From the NCBI GenBank assembly GCA_000091205.1, contig AP006492.2: a DNA stretch of 64,000 nt, one strand, 5' to 3'. Source of the DNA: Cyanidioschyzon merolae (Eukaryota). The notes beneath the pieces are model-generated. The model searched no databases and was not told the DNA's origin. It saw nothing but the letters and a program-made list of their open reading frames with translations. Position numbers and translations under genes: made by a program. Positions 34,401 to 46,646 of this stretch are shown here, piece by piece; position 1 is the stretch's first letter; every line of letters starts with the position of its first letter.

Positions 34401-35100
34401 ACGCGTATGGCGGTGTGGTTGACGATCTGATAGAGTCGGTGGCGCTCGTCAATCCGGGTATTGGTACGTCGTTTCAGGCACTGAGGTTTGCAACTGTTGC
34501 GTTCTGGTGCAAGCAGTCCCAGCTCTCCGGCAATCTTCTGATTCCCATCTACAAACTCGCGTGCCAATTGGTCTAAAGATTTGTATGCACGGCTTTTCGG
34601 ATCTTCAGCGCTGTGAGTAGGTGACTTGGTTTGGCGACGGCTTTCTTGAGTTCCTGCTGGGGTGCTCTTTCGGGGACGACTTGTGATGGGCTCGCTGGAG
34701 CCCCCGCCTGTGGGCTCGTTCGGGAGTTCTTCTTTCTATTCTTCTGTTTTTCTCTTGCTGGTTTGCTTCTTCATCGGGCTCTTTCCTGAGCTACATTCTC
34801 TGGTTACTTTGCATCTAGGTGGATCATGAGGTTTCTGTGTCTCCTTCTCCGTGTCTGGTTGGGTCTCTTTTCCTTTTGTACAGTCCTCGACTTGTATCAG
34901 TTCTTCATTACTGTACTGGTAATTCGATATCTCGTAGTTCAATACCGAGGCGATCCCACAAATATTCCATGATGCGAAACCTATCGAGTCGTAGCGCATA
35001 AGGGAATAGGAGTAACGCTGCGGTACTCGAGAGATACGTTGTCGATTGAGATGCACCCTCCACGGAGTGTGTGAGAGCACATGCCACCAGCGCCTCCTAC
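31400..35100 (-). mobile_element. Non-LTR retrotransposon (LINE), longer copy, lacking most of the endonuclease domain
   Basis: Minus-strand ORFs 33212..34567 and 32368..33228 carry reverse-transcriptase motifs. ORF 31844..32614 carries a zf-RVT-like 'HWESHCSCCGNDNPETLTYLGLQCP'. Near 34970 there is an APE-like remnant ('FASWNICGIAS') with no following endonuclease domain. Its 3' UTR (about 31400-31843) is the inverted repeat of 22128-22570. Confidence 0.6.
31844..34567 (-). pseudogene. LINE ORF2-like reverse transcriptase (frameshifted into three pieces)
   Basis: RT blocks: 'YRSMRLIPSIMKLL', 'PEQAGFRSHEECMSHVL', 'CFIDFQKAFDTVPHE', 'GLRQGERASPLLFNIFINDL' and a YxDD-like region; C-terminal zf-RVT. 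Reading-frame breaks at 33212-33228 and 32368-32614. Confidence 0.55.
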
Positions 35101-36379
35101 ATTCCAGTCGTTCACTGAGTGTCTGCCGCAGCGCTAGCGTAGAATCAGATGTACGCTAGTCAAGGTCGATTCAAATGCGACCTTTATATTGCCCGACGCT
35201 TTAACCTCCCCTCAACAATTGGGAACAGTCTGCAAACCACCCTTTCAGCGGCTACGTATCCGCTCCCCAAACACATAGGCGGGCAAGCCGCTTATTCCAG
35301 CTTCGACCGCAAACATACTGCCAGCCGTCTTCCAAAGTATCCGCCGAAATTGTTCCCAAAGTTGAGGTAGGTACCCAAGGTAGGAGATAAAACTGAGCCC
35401 GAGTCCGAGGATCGATCCAAGATTTGCGCCCGAACCTGCAGCGTTGATTCGGGAGGGGCGGATGACTAATCAGGATTTTCGTCAACATTTTCTGGTGCTA
35501 CTGCCGCCGCCCCTCCGTTCGTTGCGCGGTCAAGGTCCCTGGCGTGGGCTTCCTTCGCCGTCGCCCAAGCACCCCGCGTTAACCCACTTTCAGAGCTTCT
35601 CCGGAAAAACTAGACCTTTAAGGCGGGCGTGGTGTGTGGGTCTTTAAGATAGTTGTTCTTTAATAAATAGTTTGCGACTAGTTTGTTTTGTTGTTTTTTT
35701 TTTGTTTTTTTCCGCACGACGATTTCTCTTTTTTGGTTACGAAGAACGTTCCATACACCACCGCCGTGCGATCATGGCGGCGTTTCATTGGTTGCGGATT
35801 GAACCGCCTCCGCGTCGTTGCACCATTCGATTCGAAACGTAGGGCATACGCGACGCCTGTTCCCGTCGGATGGGGACGTGTCGCCGGGCCGGTGCGGGTA
35901 CCGCCCCGGGGATGTCGGCACCCAGACCCCGCGAACGGGGACGCAGGAGCAGTTCCCTCGAGCGGCCCCGCGAAATCAACAGACGACCATCGATGCGTAA
36001 TACGTGGCGTAAATCAGGTATGCAACCGATCGAAAGGATACCAAGTTACGACGGCGACGGTTTATTCACTGACGCCTTCTCCAGACCTTGGCGTTTTCCT
36101 GCTTCAATCCAGTTTAGACAGGGCGTTAGAGTTTTCACGGAGGGAACCTCGTCTATTCGGACCAGTCTGCTCTCTTTTTGGAGGGACAGGTCAAGATCCA
36201 GCGTTTTCCTGGCGTGTTGTGTTTGGGAGTGCGGAGCGCTTTCTGCTTGTGCAGTGGACGAAAGCGGCTTTTGGTTGTCTCGTCACTTTGGACGCTACTG
36301 GAGAATAGAAGTCACTCGCTGTCTTCTACAGCTAGGAAACGCACTTATGTGATTTTATATTTCACTTAATAGGCAAATA

Positions 36380-39300
36380 ATGCGACCGAATATGCAACGA
36401 TTATGGAATATTTTTGCTCTCGGGCTTGTGCTGTTCCTTCTTGCGAGACTTTCGCAGACGCTTTTAATAACAACCGTGAGGGACGGTGAAGCTGAGGCTA
36501 TAAAACGTTCCGCTGCTCGCCATGAGCTATGGGATGATTGTTCTCCGTTCAGGCGCATAGAGGGTTCTTGGGCGCGGAGATGGCGAAGTGTCGTTTTCCA
36601 TAGGGAAACTTGCGCTCGCTTCCGTGTGACGGACAGAGAACTGGTGAGCGTCGACGGGGAATCTGACAGCTGCGGCATTTCAGGAGTATGCGTTAGCCCA
36701 TCCACCGAACTCGAACGATGGTCTCAACTACCGGGGAAGAGAGTAGCGGGACACGGGGAAGTGTTGCGTTTCTCGAACGTTCCAACGCACTGGAAAAGAA
36801 TGGACTGTGTCCACGGCTCGCTGAAAGGCAACAGCATTCCCGTTAACGTAGAAAACGGGAAATATTGTATTTTACCCGATGGACAGGGGTTCAACGTGTT
36901 ATCGCCTGCCGCGGAAATCGAGCGGAGTGAAAGTCCTGCGGAAACAGCCGCGGACGAACTGGGATCTCATGAAGGTACTTATTCATGCCAGCCTGCCAGG
37001 CAGGTTGTGGAACCATGCTCTCCCGAAAGAAGGAGACTGGTAAAGGAAGCTTCGGGAGTAAGCAAGACTCTAGGCAGCTGCTTTTCGACCTGGCGGTCCT
37101 GGCGGTCCTGGTGGTCCTGGCAGTTCAGGTACCCCTGGTAGTTCGGATGGTGCCGGGGGTCCCGGAGGCGGTGGCCCCGGAGGCGGTGGCCCCGGAGGCG
37201 GTGGCCCTGGTGGCGGTGGCCCTGGTGGCGGTGGCCCTGGTGGCGGTGGCCCTGGTGGCGGTGGCCCTGGTGGCGGAGGTCCCGCTTCAGCTTCCGCTTC
37301 AGCTTCCGCTTCAGCTTCCGCTTCAGCAAGTGCATCGTACTCGCTGAGCTACTACGACTCGAGGAGCGCCTCAGCCTCAGCCTCAGCCTCAGCCTCAGCC
37401 TCAGCCTCCGCGTCGGCGTCGGCTAGCGCATCGTACTCGCTGAGCTACTATGACTCGAAGAGCGCTTCAGCCTCGGCGTCAGAGTCAGCCTCAGGCTCAG
37501 CCTCGGCAAGTGCCTCTTACTCGCTGAGCTACTATGACTCGAAGAGCGCATCAGTGTCGGCATCAGCCTCGGCGTCAGCCTCTGCGTCATCTTCGGCAAG
37601 TGCGTCGTACTCGCTGAGCTTTTATGATTCAAAGAGTGCTTCAGCCTCAGCATCATCTTCGGCAAGTGCGTCGTACTCGCTGAGCTACTATGACTCGAAG
37701 AGCGCTTCAGCCTCGGCGTCAGCCTCAGCATCATCTTCAGCGAGTGCGTCGTACTCGCTGAGCTACTATGACTCAAAGAGCGCTTCGGCCTCAGCATCAT
37801 ATTCGGCAAGTGCCTCGTATTCGCTGAGCTACTATGACTCGAAGAGCGCTTCGGCCTCAGCATCATCTTCGGCGTCGTCATCAGCCTCGGCGTCCGCAAG
37901 TGCATCCTACTCGCTGAGCTACTATGACTCGAAGAGCGCATCAGTGTCGGCATCAGCCTCCGCGTCTGCTTCAGCATCATATTCGGCAAGTGCCTTGTAC
38001 TCGCTGAGCTTTTATGATTCGAAGAGCGCTTCGGCGTCTGCGTCAGCTTCGGCGTCGTCATCAGCCTCGGCGTCCGCAAGTGCATCGTACTCGCTGAGCT
38101 ACTATGACTCGAAGAGCGCATCAGTGTCGGCGTCAGCCTCCGCGTCTGCTTCAGCATCATATTCGGCAAGTGCCTCGTACTCGCTGAGCTTTTATGATTC
38201 GAAGAGCGCTTCGGCGTCTGCGTCAGCTTCGGCAAGTGCGTCGTACTCGCTGAGCTACTATGACTCGAAGAGCGCTTCGGCCTCAGCATCATCTTCGGCA
38301 AGTGCGTCGTACTCGCTGAGCTACTATGACTCGAAGAGCGCTTCAGCCTCGGCGTCAGCCTCAGCATCATCTTCAGCGAGTGCGTCATACTCGCTGAGCT
38401 ACTATGACTCAAAGAGCGCTTCAGCCTCGGCGTCAGCCTCAGCATCATCTTCGGCAAGTGCGTCGTACTCGCTGAGCTACTATGACTCGAAGAGCGCTTC
38501 AGTGTCGGCGTCTGCTTCGGCGTCGTCATCAGCCTCGGCGTCCGCAAGTGCATCCTACTCGCTGAGCTACTATGACTCGAAGAGCGCATCAGTGTCGGCG
38601 TCAGCCTCCGCGTCTGCTTCAGCATCATCTTCGGCAAGTGCCTCGTACTCGCTGAGCTTTTATGATTCGAAGAGCGCTTCAGTGTCGGCGTCTGCTTCGG
38701 CGTCGTCGTCAGCCTCGGCGTCAGCAAGTGCATCGTATTCGCTGAGCTACTATGACTCTAAGAGTGCTTCAGCCTCGGCGTCAGCCTCAGCATCGTCTTC
38801 AGCAAGTGCGTCGTACTCGCTGAGCTACTATGACTCGAAGAGCGCTTCAGCCTCGGCGTCAGCCTCTGCATCATATTCGGCAAGTGCCTCTTACTCGCTG
38901 AGCTACTATGACTCGAAGAGCGCTTCAGGCTCGGCGTCAGCCTCAGCATCATCTTCGGCGAGTGCGTCGTACTCGCTGAGCTACTATGACTCGAAGAGCG
39001 CTTCAGGCTCGGCGTCAGCCTCAGCATCATCTTCAGCGAGTGCGTCGTACTCGCTGAGCTACTATGACTCAAAGAGCGCTTCGGCGTCAGCATCATCTTC
39101 GGCAAGTGCGTCGTATTCGCTGAGCTACTATGACTCGAAGAGCGCTTCGGCGTCTGCGTCAGCTTCGGCGTCGTCATCAGCCTCGGCGTCCGCAAGTGCA
39201 TCGTACTCGCTGAGCTACTATGACTCAAAGAGCGCATCAGTGTCGGCGTCAGCCTCCGCGTCTGCTTCAGCATCATATTCGGCAAGTGCCTCGTACTCGC

Positions 39301-42300
39301 TGAGCTTTTATGATTCGAAGAGCGCTTCGGCGTCTGCGTCAGCTTCGGCGAGTGCGTCGTACTCGCTGAGCTACTATGACTCGAAGAGCTCTTCAGCCTC
39401 GGCGTCATCTTCGGCGAGTGCGTCGTACTCGCTGAGCTACTATGACTCGAAGAGCGCTTCAGCCTCGGCGTCAGCCTCAGCATCATCTTCAGCGAGTGCG
39501 TCATACTCGCTGAGCTACTATGACTCAAAGAGCGCTTCGGCCTCAGCATCATATTCGGCAAGTGCCTCGTATTCGCTGAGCTACTATGACTCGAAGAGCG
39601 CTTCGGCCTCGGCGTCAGCCTCTGCATCATCTTCAGCGAGTGCGTCGTACTCGCTGAGCTACTATGACTCAAAGAGCGCTTCGGCCTCAGCATCATATTC
39701 GGCAAGTGCCTCGTATTCGCTGAGCTACTATGACTCGAAGAGCGCTTCAGTGTCGGCGTCTGCTTCGGCGTCGTCGTCAGCCTCGGCGTCAGCAAGTGCA
39801 TCGTACTCGCTGAGCTACTATGACTCGAAGAGCGCATCAGTGTCGGCGTCAGCCTCCGCGTCTGCTTCAGCATCATCTTCGGCAAGTGCCTCGTACTCGC
39901 TGAGCTTTTATGATTCGAAGAGCGCTTCAGTGTCGGCGTCCGCTTCGGCGTCGTCGTCAGCCTCGGCGTCAGCTAGTGCATCGTATTCGCTGAGCTACTA
40001 TGACTCGAAGAGCGCTTCAGCCTCGGCGTCAGCCTCCGCGTCTGTTTCAGCATCATCTTCAGCAAGTGCCTCTTACTCGCTGAGCTTTTATGATTCGAAG
40101 AGCGCTTCAGTGTCGGCGTCATCTTCAGCAAGTGCCTCGTACTCGCTGAGCTACTATGACTCGAAGAGCGCTTCGGCGTCAGCATCATCTTCGGCAAGTG
40201 CGTCGTATTCGCTGAGCTACTATGACTCGGTGAGCGCTTCGGCCTCTGCATCATATTCGGCAAGTGCCTCTTACTCGCTGAGCTACTATGACTCGAAGAG
40301 CGCGTCAGCCTCGGCGTCAGCATCATCTTCAGCCTCAGCAAGTGCATCGTACTCGCTAAGCTACTATGATTCGAAGAGTGCTTCAGCCTCAGCATCATCT
40401 TCGGCAAGTGCATCGTACTCGCTGAGCTACTATGTCTCGAAGAGCGCATCAGTGTCGGCGTCAGCCTCCGCGTCTGCTTCAGCCTCGGCGTCAGCAAGTG
40501 CGTCGTACTCGCTGAGCTTTTATGATTCGAAGAGCGCTTCAGTGTCGGCGTCAGCTTCGGCAAGTGCGTCGTATTCGCTGAGCTACTATGACTCGAAGAG
40601 CGCTTCGGCCTCAGCATCATCTTCGGCGTCGTCATCAGCCTCGGCGTCCGCAAGTGCATCGTACTCGCTGAGCTACTATGACTCGAAGAGCGCATCAGTG
40701 TCGGCGTCAGCCTCCGCGTCTGCTTCAGCATCATATTCGGCAAGTGCCTTGTACTCGCTGAGCTTTTATGATTCGAAGAGCGCTTCGGCGTCTGCGTCAG
40801 CTTCGGCGTCGTCATCAGCCTCGGCGTCCGCAAGTGCATCGTACTCGCTGAGCTACTATGACTCGAAGAGCGCATCAGTGTCGGCGTCAGCCTCCGCGTC
40901 TGCTTCAGCATCATCTTCAGCAAGTGCCTCGTACTCGCTGAGCTTTTATGATTCGAAGAGCGCTTCGGCGTCTGCGTCAGCTTCGGCGTCGTCATCATCC
41001 TCGGCGTCCGCAAGTGCATCGTACTCGCTGAGCTACTATGACTCGAAGAGCGCATCAGTGTCGGCATCAGCCTCCGCGTCTGCTTCAGCCTCGGCGTCAG
41101 CAAGTGCCTCTTACTCGCTGAGCTTTTATGATTCGAAGAGCGCTTCAGTGTCGGCGTCATCTTCAGCAAGTGCGTCGTACTCGCTGAGCTACTATGACTC
41201 GAAGAGCGCTTCGGCTTCAGCATCATCTTCGGCAAGTGCGTCGTACTCGCTGAGCTACTATGACTCGAAGAGCGCGTCAGCCTCTGCGTCTGCCTCGGTG
41301 GCAGCATCATCTTCAGCCTCAGCAAGTGCCTCGTATTCGCTGAGCTACTATGACTCGAAGAGCGCTTCGGCCTCTGCGTCTGCCTCGGTGACAGCGTCTG
41401 CCTCAGGCTCAGCGTCGGCAAGTGCGTCGTATTCGCTGAGCTACTATGACTCGAAGAGCGCATCGGCGTCAGCATCATCTTCGGCAAGTGCGTCGTACTC
41501 GCTGAGCTACTATGACTCGCAGAGCGCGTCAGCCTCTGCGTCTGCCTCGGTGGCAGCATCATCTTCAGCCTCAGCAAGTGCCTCGTATTCGCTGAGCTAC
41601 TATGACTCGAAGAGCGCTTCGGCCTCTGCGTCTGCCTCGGTGTCAGCGTCTGCCTCAGGCTCAGCGTCGGCAAGTGCGTCGTATTCGCTGAGCTACTATG
41701 ACTCGAAGAGCGCATCGGCGTCAGCATCATCTTCGGCAAGTGCGTCGTACTCGCTGAGCTACTATGACTCGAAGAGCGCTTCGGCCTCAGCATCATCTTC
41801 AGCAAGTGCGTCGTACTCGCTGAGCTACTATGACTCGAAGAGCGCTTCGGCTTCAGCTTCATCTTCAGCAAGTGCGTCGTACTCGCTGAGCTACTATGAC
41901 TCGAAGAGCGCGTCAGCCTCTGCGTCTGCCTCGGTGGCAGCATCATCTTCAGCCTCAGCAAGTGCCTCGTATTCGCTGAGCTACTATGACTCGAAGAGCG
42001 CTTCGGCCTCTGCGTCTGCCTCGGTGTCAGCGTCTGCCTCAGGCTCAGCGTCGGCAAGTGCGTCGTATTCGCTGAGCTACTATGACTCGAAGAGCGCATC
42101 GGCGTCAGCATCATCTTCGGCAAGTGCGTCGTATTCGCTGAGCTACTATGACTCGCAGAGCGCGTCAGCCTCTGCGTCTGCCTCGGTGGCAGCATCATCT
42201 TCAGCCTCAGCAAGTGCCTCGTATTCGCTGAGCTACTATGACTCGAAGAGCGCTTCGGCCTCTGCGTCTGCCTCGGTGTCAGCGTCTGCCTCAGGCTCAG

Positions 42301-43082
42301 CGTCGGCAAGTGCGTCGTACTCGCTGAGCTACTATGACTCGAAGAGCGCTTCGGCCTCTTCGTCTGCCTCGGTCACATCTAGCCAATATGCAAGTGCGTC
42401 TGTGAGCGCGTCTGTTTCTTTCTCCAGTTCTTTGAGTGCATCTGCTTCTTCTAGTGTGTCTGTTTCGAGTACTACAACTGGCAATCCTGTACGTTTGATA
42501 CTGAAAGAGGATTTTTTTACGGGTGTTGCCTCTGAGTCTGCGTTGGCTGACGCGCTTCGCCATGCCCTGGAGGTACTCTTCGGTATTACTCCACTGAGTT
42601 TTATTGTGAATAGTATGCGTGAGATCACTAAGTCAAGTATTCTTGAGTCGAACTTCAGGTTGGACGCAGACGAGTTTGTGAGTTGCATTAGCAGTGCGCA
42701 ATCTCTGATACTTTATAATACGACGAGCGTCTGGGATGCCGATGGTTCAACGGCTTCGCAGATCGCATCGGGACTTCGCGAAGCGTTGAAAAATGGCACA
42801 CTCAGCGCCGAACTATCCAAGTTTTACGGCTCTCCAGTCTGTGTAGCGCCGAATGGAACAGTAACTATAGCCGGATTGGTCACTTCGAGCTCGAGTCCGC
42901 TCCCTGTCTGGGTGATCGTTATCATAGTGGTGCTTGGAACTCTATTACTGTCTAGTTGCTGTGCGCTTCTTGTATTCGCGGTGCGTCGTCGGAAACGACG
43001 ACATGCCGCGGAGAGCGAAGCGCAAGAGGATCAGACAGACGCTGAAACGGCCGACACCGGAATAGATGACTTCGGTTTGTAG
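36380..43082 (+). CDS. Giant secreted/transmembrane Ser/Ala-rich mucin-like protein (~2200 aa; one frame change at ~37040-37075, possibly a 34-nt intron)
   Basis: ATG at 36380 with a signal peptide ('[27 protein letters not shown]') and a ~220-aa N-terminal domain. The frame changes at about 37040; a candidate GT...AG intron at 37040-37073 would join the frames. Then follow (GGGGP)n, about 65 tandem repeats of roughly '[24 protein letters not shown]', a ~170-aa non-repetitive juxtamembrane domain, a TM ('[29 protein letters not shown]') and a basic/acidic cytoplasmic tail ending at 43082. Confidence 0.7.
37083..37290 (+). repeat. (GGC GGT GGC CCY GGW)n, encoding a Gly-Gly-Gly-Gly-Pro repeat
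   Basis: Direct 15-nt repeats read from the sequence ('ggaggcggtggcccc' / 'ggtggcggtggccct'), inside the mucin-like gene. Confidence 0.8.
37316..42370 (+). repeat. About 5 kb coding minisatellite: ~65 tandem units of 66-96 nt encoding SA-rich / '[10 protein letters not shown]' repeats
   Basis: The unit 'tactcgctgagctactatgactcgaagagcgcttc(a/g)gc...' recurs throughout. Unit length varies by the number of GCN/TCN (Ala/Ser) codons. Sub-variants ('SASVSASA', '[11 protein letters not shown]', 'SGSASAS') occur in blocks, suggesting higher-order repeat structure. Confidence 0.9.
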
Positions 43083-44853
43083 TATTTATTTACCTATTCG
43101 TAAATTGTACATTGACTGACGTAATCTCAACGTACTCTGCCTGCGAGCCAGAGCTCAATATAACATAAGAATTATCTCCAGTTGAGAGCATTCCCTTCAG
43201 AATCCAAGATTCTTTGTGCGCGCGGGTTTGGACGACGTCGATTGCCACGGTCACAGAGTACTTGACCCGTGTCCGACAACAATGAGACTTTGAATTGCTC
43301 GTTCTGTTGTCGCTTTTCGATCCGTTTTCCAATTTCTACCTATACGGTTTACGCAACGCATGCACCACCATATTTGATTCCAGATTCGTTGGTAGAAAGA
43401 GGTTCCTCCGGGGTCGGTTTGGTGCGTCACTTTCGAATCTTTCCCACCGAAATCCGTTGAGTCTGCAGAATCAAGATTATCGCGGATCTTCGGACGTCGG
43501 TCTATAAAGCTAACCTCACAATTATCCAATTCCTCAACACAAGGGTACATAATTCTGGTCTCCTTACATGTTGTCTGCAAATCAGACGCATTCTTCAAGT
43601 TTTTGATTTTTATGCAGAAAGAACTCCTTATTGCAAAAATCCGTGCAGGTTGGTTGACAAAGAATAGGACTTCCATGTCGTATATTAGCGCAATATTCAC
43701 CAGCTCATTCCGAAAGCTTGTTTAACCTTTTATGATACAAAACAGATCTCGTTCGAAGAACGATACCTTTTCGCCGAGGGGCAACATGCGAAACGGCATT
43801 CCACAGAAGCATCATTATTCTCGCGGGATTGGCTTCCAGAGGCTCTCGTCTTTTCATTCTGCTCGGCGAAGAATACTGGAATCGGACTCGAGTACTCACA
43901 GCGACGGCCACGTGTGGGGCGTTTATTGCCGATTTGCACGAAAGGAATATGGGCAGATTGAAATTCCTGTACATTTTCTCAAACTTGAATTGCCTTCCGG
44001 TACTTGTTTGATCACAGAAAAGACCCCGATCGAAGGCTTCTATCCGAAGAAAATAAAAAAACAGAGGAAAGTCCTGCTAGATAACCAAAGCTCTTCTTCG
44101 TGTGTCAACCGCGATTGAGCACGTCATGCGGGGCCTTGAAGAACAGATTCATGGAAGTGAATGCACGTTTCTATCCCTGAAGTCGTCCTCGTTACGAGCT
44201 AGTGCTCGATGGTGATAGCGCTGTCGCTGAAATTGCCGTGCGGGTTGGTGCTCGTTTCGTAGGCTTCGTATATTTGTGGATCGCCGAGTTCCGGCGAAAC
44301 GTGAAGAATAAAGATGACCGAAGCATAAATCGTAAATATTATATATACTTCTTGTTCATCAAACAAGCCACAGCACGCTCATGTGCACCAGCTACGCCTT
44401 GGGATGTATCCCGTCGGAGTACCAAAGATACTCTGCAGCATCTCGGAAAAAGGTGCACTCCGCTCCCACCAAGGGGCGCCATTCCCTGACAGAACGCCTT
44501 CAAGCACAGTTTCATTGGGTGGGCGCCCTAGCTTGCGATACGTTGCGCTCAGCGCTACTCTGGGACAGAGATAACGGACAGGTACCCTGGATTTTACTTG
44601 CTCCGACTCCATATGCAGGAGCCTATGGAAATCGAAAGACTCGCGTACTCAAAAACGACAATGAAGGGGAAGAAAGCGAAGCGGTTGCAGAACGAGCCTC
44701 AAAGCGTGGTATTGATAGAGGTGAAAAGCGGATCGAAGTTTAGCATGCTCGCTAGAACCAGATGAACTTGTTTTCTAGCATAGATGGGGCCATGCTAGAA
44801 TGATTAGAATTCGGACGTCAAGTCACCGTCCGTTTGAGTGAGCCGCTCGGCAG

Positions 44854-45987
44854 ATGTATGATACCCCCCGGGATCAACACATGCGAGCCACGGGCGCTCT
44901 GCACGTGACGCTGCGACGCTTGGGTTGCATGGCCCTCGGGCGTTCTCCTCTCGGCCTCCTGGGCTGGTGCGATGTGTGCGCGCTGGACGAGCCTGTCCAT
45001 TCGAAACGCGCCTCGAGCTCACGAGTGTCGACCCAATGCCCAGCCTATCGCCACGCTCACCGCTTGAAGCGCGTTCTGACGCTTCCGGGCGCGTTCGTGC
45101 ACCAGCTGCTGGAGACAGCGGCAGCCGCGGTGACGACACAAAACCCGGCTGCGGAGCCTGCGCTAACGCAGACACGCAGCACCCTCGAGCCGTTCTGGCA
45201 CCTGCTGAAACGCAACCTGCGCGCCGCAGCATGGAATGACGAGCAGCTCCTGGCGTTTATCGACGACGTGCTGGTGATCTACACATGCCAAGCAGCGATG
45301 GCACGTCATTGGCGCACGCAGCTGGCAGAGGTCATCGGCATCGCAGCGGATCGCGTGTCCACTGATGCGGCGATTGCGTGCTGGTGCCGATGCGTGCGCG
45401 ACGACGTGCCGCGTTGCCGGCTCTGTGGGCACGATCACTTGACACGATGCTGGCTGCCGGCGCTCGTTGCCTTGATTTGGGTGATTCCACCACGAGGGCG
45501 CTCGCGTTGGCTTCAAAAGTGTCTATGTGCGCGTCTCCTGGAGAGCTGGGTATCGCGTCGTACTGAATTGCAGGTTGAGGCACAGGAGTCTGCAGTTGCC
45601 CGCATCGATGATGGTGCGTCCGAGGCGGATGCAGGGCACGCGTCGGTTATGCTGCTTGCACGCGTCGCTGGCGCGCTGTGCCTGCCACGCTATGAGGCCG
45701 GCCGCACGTCGGGACGCGCTTCCGATGCGAGTGATCTAGAGTGGATGGTGGATGCGATGCACTTGCTCCTGCTGGATTGGAATGTCGTTCCCGACATTGC
45801 CGCGGCGATACATTCGATGCGTCGGCATGTCTTGCAACAGCTTCGCACGGTGCTTGCTGCTTGGACGCAGGTTGCGCGTACGGTGCCGGAGCCGCGGGGT
45901 TACCGGCTGCGTACGCAGCTGCACCTGCTTCGTCGGCAGCTCTGCGATGAGCCCGTGGATGTGTTTGGGAGCGGTACGGTTCCGTGA
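44854..45987 (+). CDS. Hypothetical protein
   Basis: 377-aa ORF with reasonable composition and no recognisable motif; start uncertain. Confidence 0.3.
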   Translation: MYDTPRDQHMRATGALHVTLRRLGCMALGRSPLGLLGWCDVCALDEPVHSKRASSSRVSTQCPAYRHAHRLKRVLTLPGAFVHQLLETAAAAVTTQNPAAEPALTQTRSTLEPFWHLLKRNLRAAAWNDEQLLAFIDDVLVIYTCQAAMARHWRTQLAEVIGIAADRVSTDAAIACWCRCVRDDVPRCRLCGHDHLTRCWLPALVALIWVIPPRGRSRWLQKCLCARLLESWVSRRTELQVEAQESAVARIDDGASEADAGHASVMLLARVAGALCLPRYEAGRTSGRASDASDLEWMVDAMHLLLLDWNVVPDIAAAIHSMRRHVLQQLRTVLAAWTQVARTVPEPRGYRLRTQLHLLRRQLCDEPVDVFGSGTVP

Positions 45988-46001
45988 TAGTTCCCGATTC
46001 T

Positions 46002-46646
46002 CTAGCCGAGTACTGTGAACGCCACGAAAACGAACACGGTGACGACGGCGATGACGATGAGACTCAGCGAAATTCCCAGGATAGCACTGATAAAGAGCCA
46101 AAGGACGCGCAGGACGGCGAGAGCGACGAGCACCACGCCTGCCCAGAGGATCAGTTGCTCCCAGAACGTCCGCGACGGGTCGCTTGTGTAAACGCCCTTG
46201 GCAGGCTGCGCAGGCGCGTCGCGCAGGACGCGTCGGAGTGCCGGCGATATAAAGGGCCGCTCATCTGACTCTGGGAGCAGCACACTGTCGAGGTAGTCAT
46301 CGTCCAAGGGCGGTGGGTCCGCGGGGGCACCACGCGCCCGCGCGACGGCGCTCCTAAGCAGGTTGGGCACGTTGCCGGGGGAGAGACGCTCGAGGCTTCG
46401 CCTCAGTCGGCCGAGCAACCAGCGCTGTAGCGCATTCAGCCGCAGCGGCCGCTCATCAGGTCGTACACGCACTGTCTGGGTCGGCTGGTCGCCACTGGAC
46501 GGTGACGCTGGCGACGGCTCTGATACAGCACAGCGTGCCGGTGTGCGGCTAGTTCTTGACGCCGAATGCTTCACCCGCCGCACCCGTAACAACGCGCTTC
46601 CAGACGCAAACTCGACGAAAGCATACCTCTGCAAACCGCGTGGCAT
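46002..46646 (-). CDS. Hypothetical tail-anchored membrane protein
   Basis: 214-aa ORF ending in a long hydrophobic segment ('LILWAGVVLVALAVLRVLWLFISAILGISLSLIVIAVVTVFVFVAFTVLG'). No family assigned. Confidence 0.3.
   Translation of the reverse strand: MPRGLQRYAFVEFASGSALLRVRRVKHSASRTSRTPARCAVSEPSPASPSSGDQPTQTVRVRPDERPLRLNALQRWLLGRLRRSLERLSPGNVPNLLRSAVARARGAPADPPPLDDDYLDSVLLPESDERPFISPALRRVLRDAPAQPAKGVYTSDPSRTFWEQLILWAGVVLVALAVLRVLWLFISAILGISLSLIVIAVVTVFVFVAFTVLG

Noticed and set aside
37423-42309. Three very long minus-strand ORFs (436, 375 and 778 aa) rich in 'SSSHSSSAS...TPRLK' opposite the mucin-like gene
   Set aside because: They are the antisense reading of the Ser/Ala codon minisatellite (GCN/TCN repeats stay open on the complementary strand). 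The plus-strand gene has a signal peptide, TM and stop, so the antisense ORFs are a composition artefact.
37316-42370. Could the regular ~70-90 nt array be a CRISPR locus?
   Set aside because: There are no unique spacers and unit lengths vary. It sits in frame inside a long eukaryotic ORF, and the surrounding genes are eukaryotic. It is a coding minisatellite.
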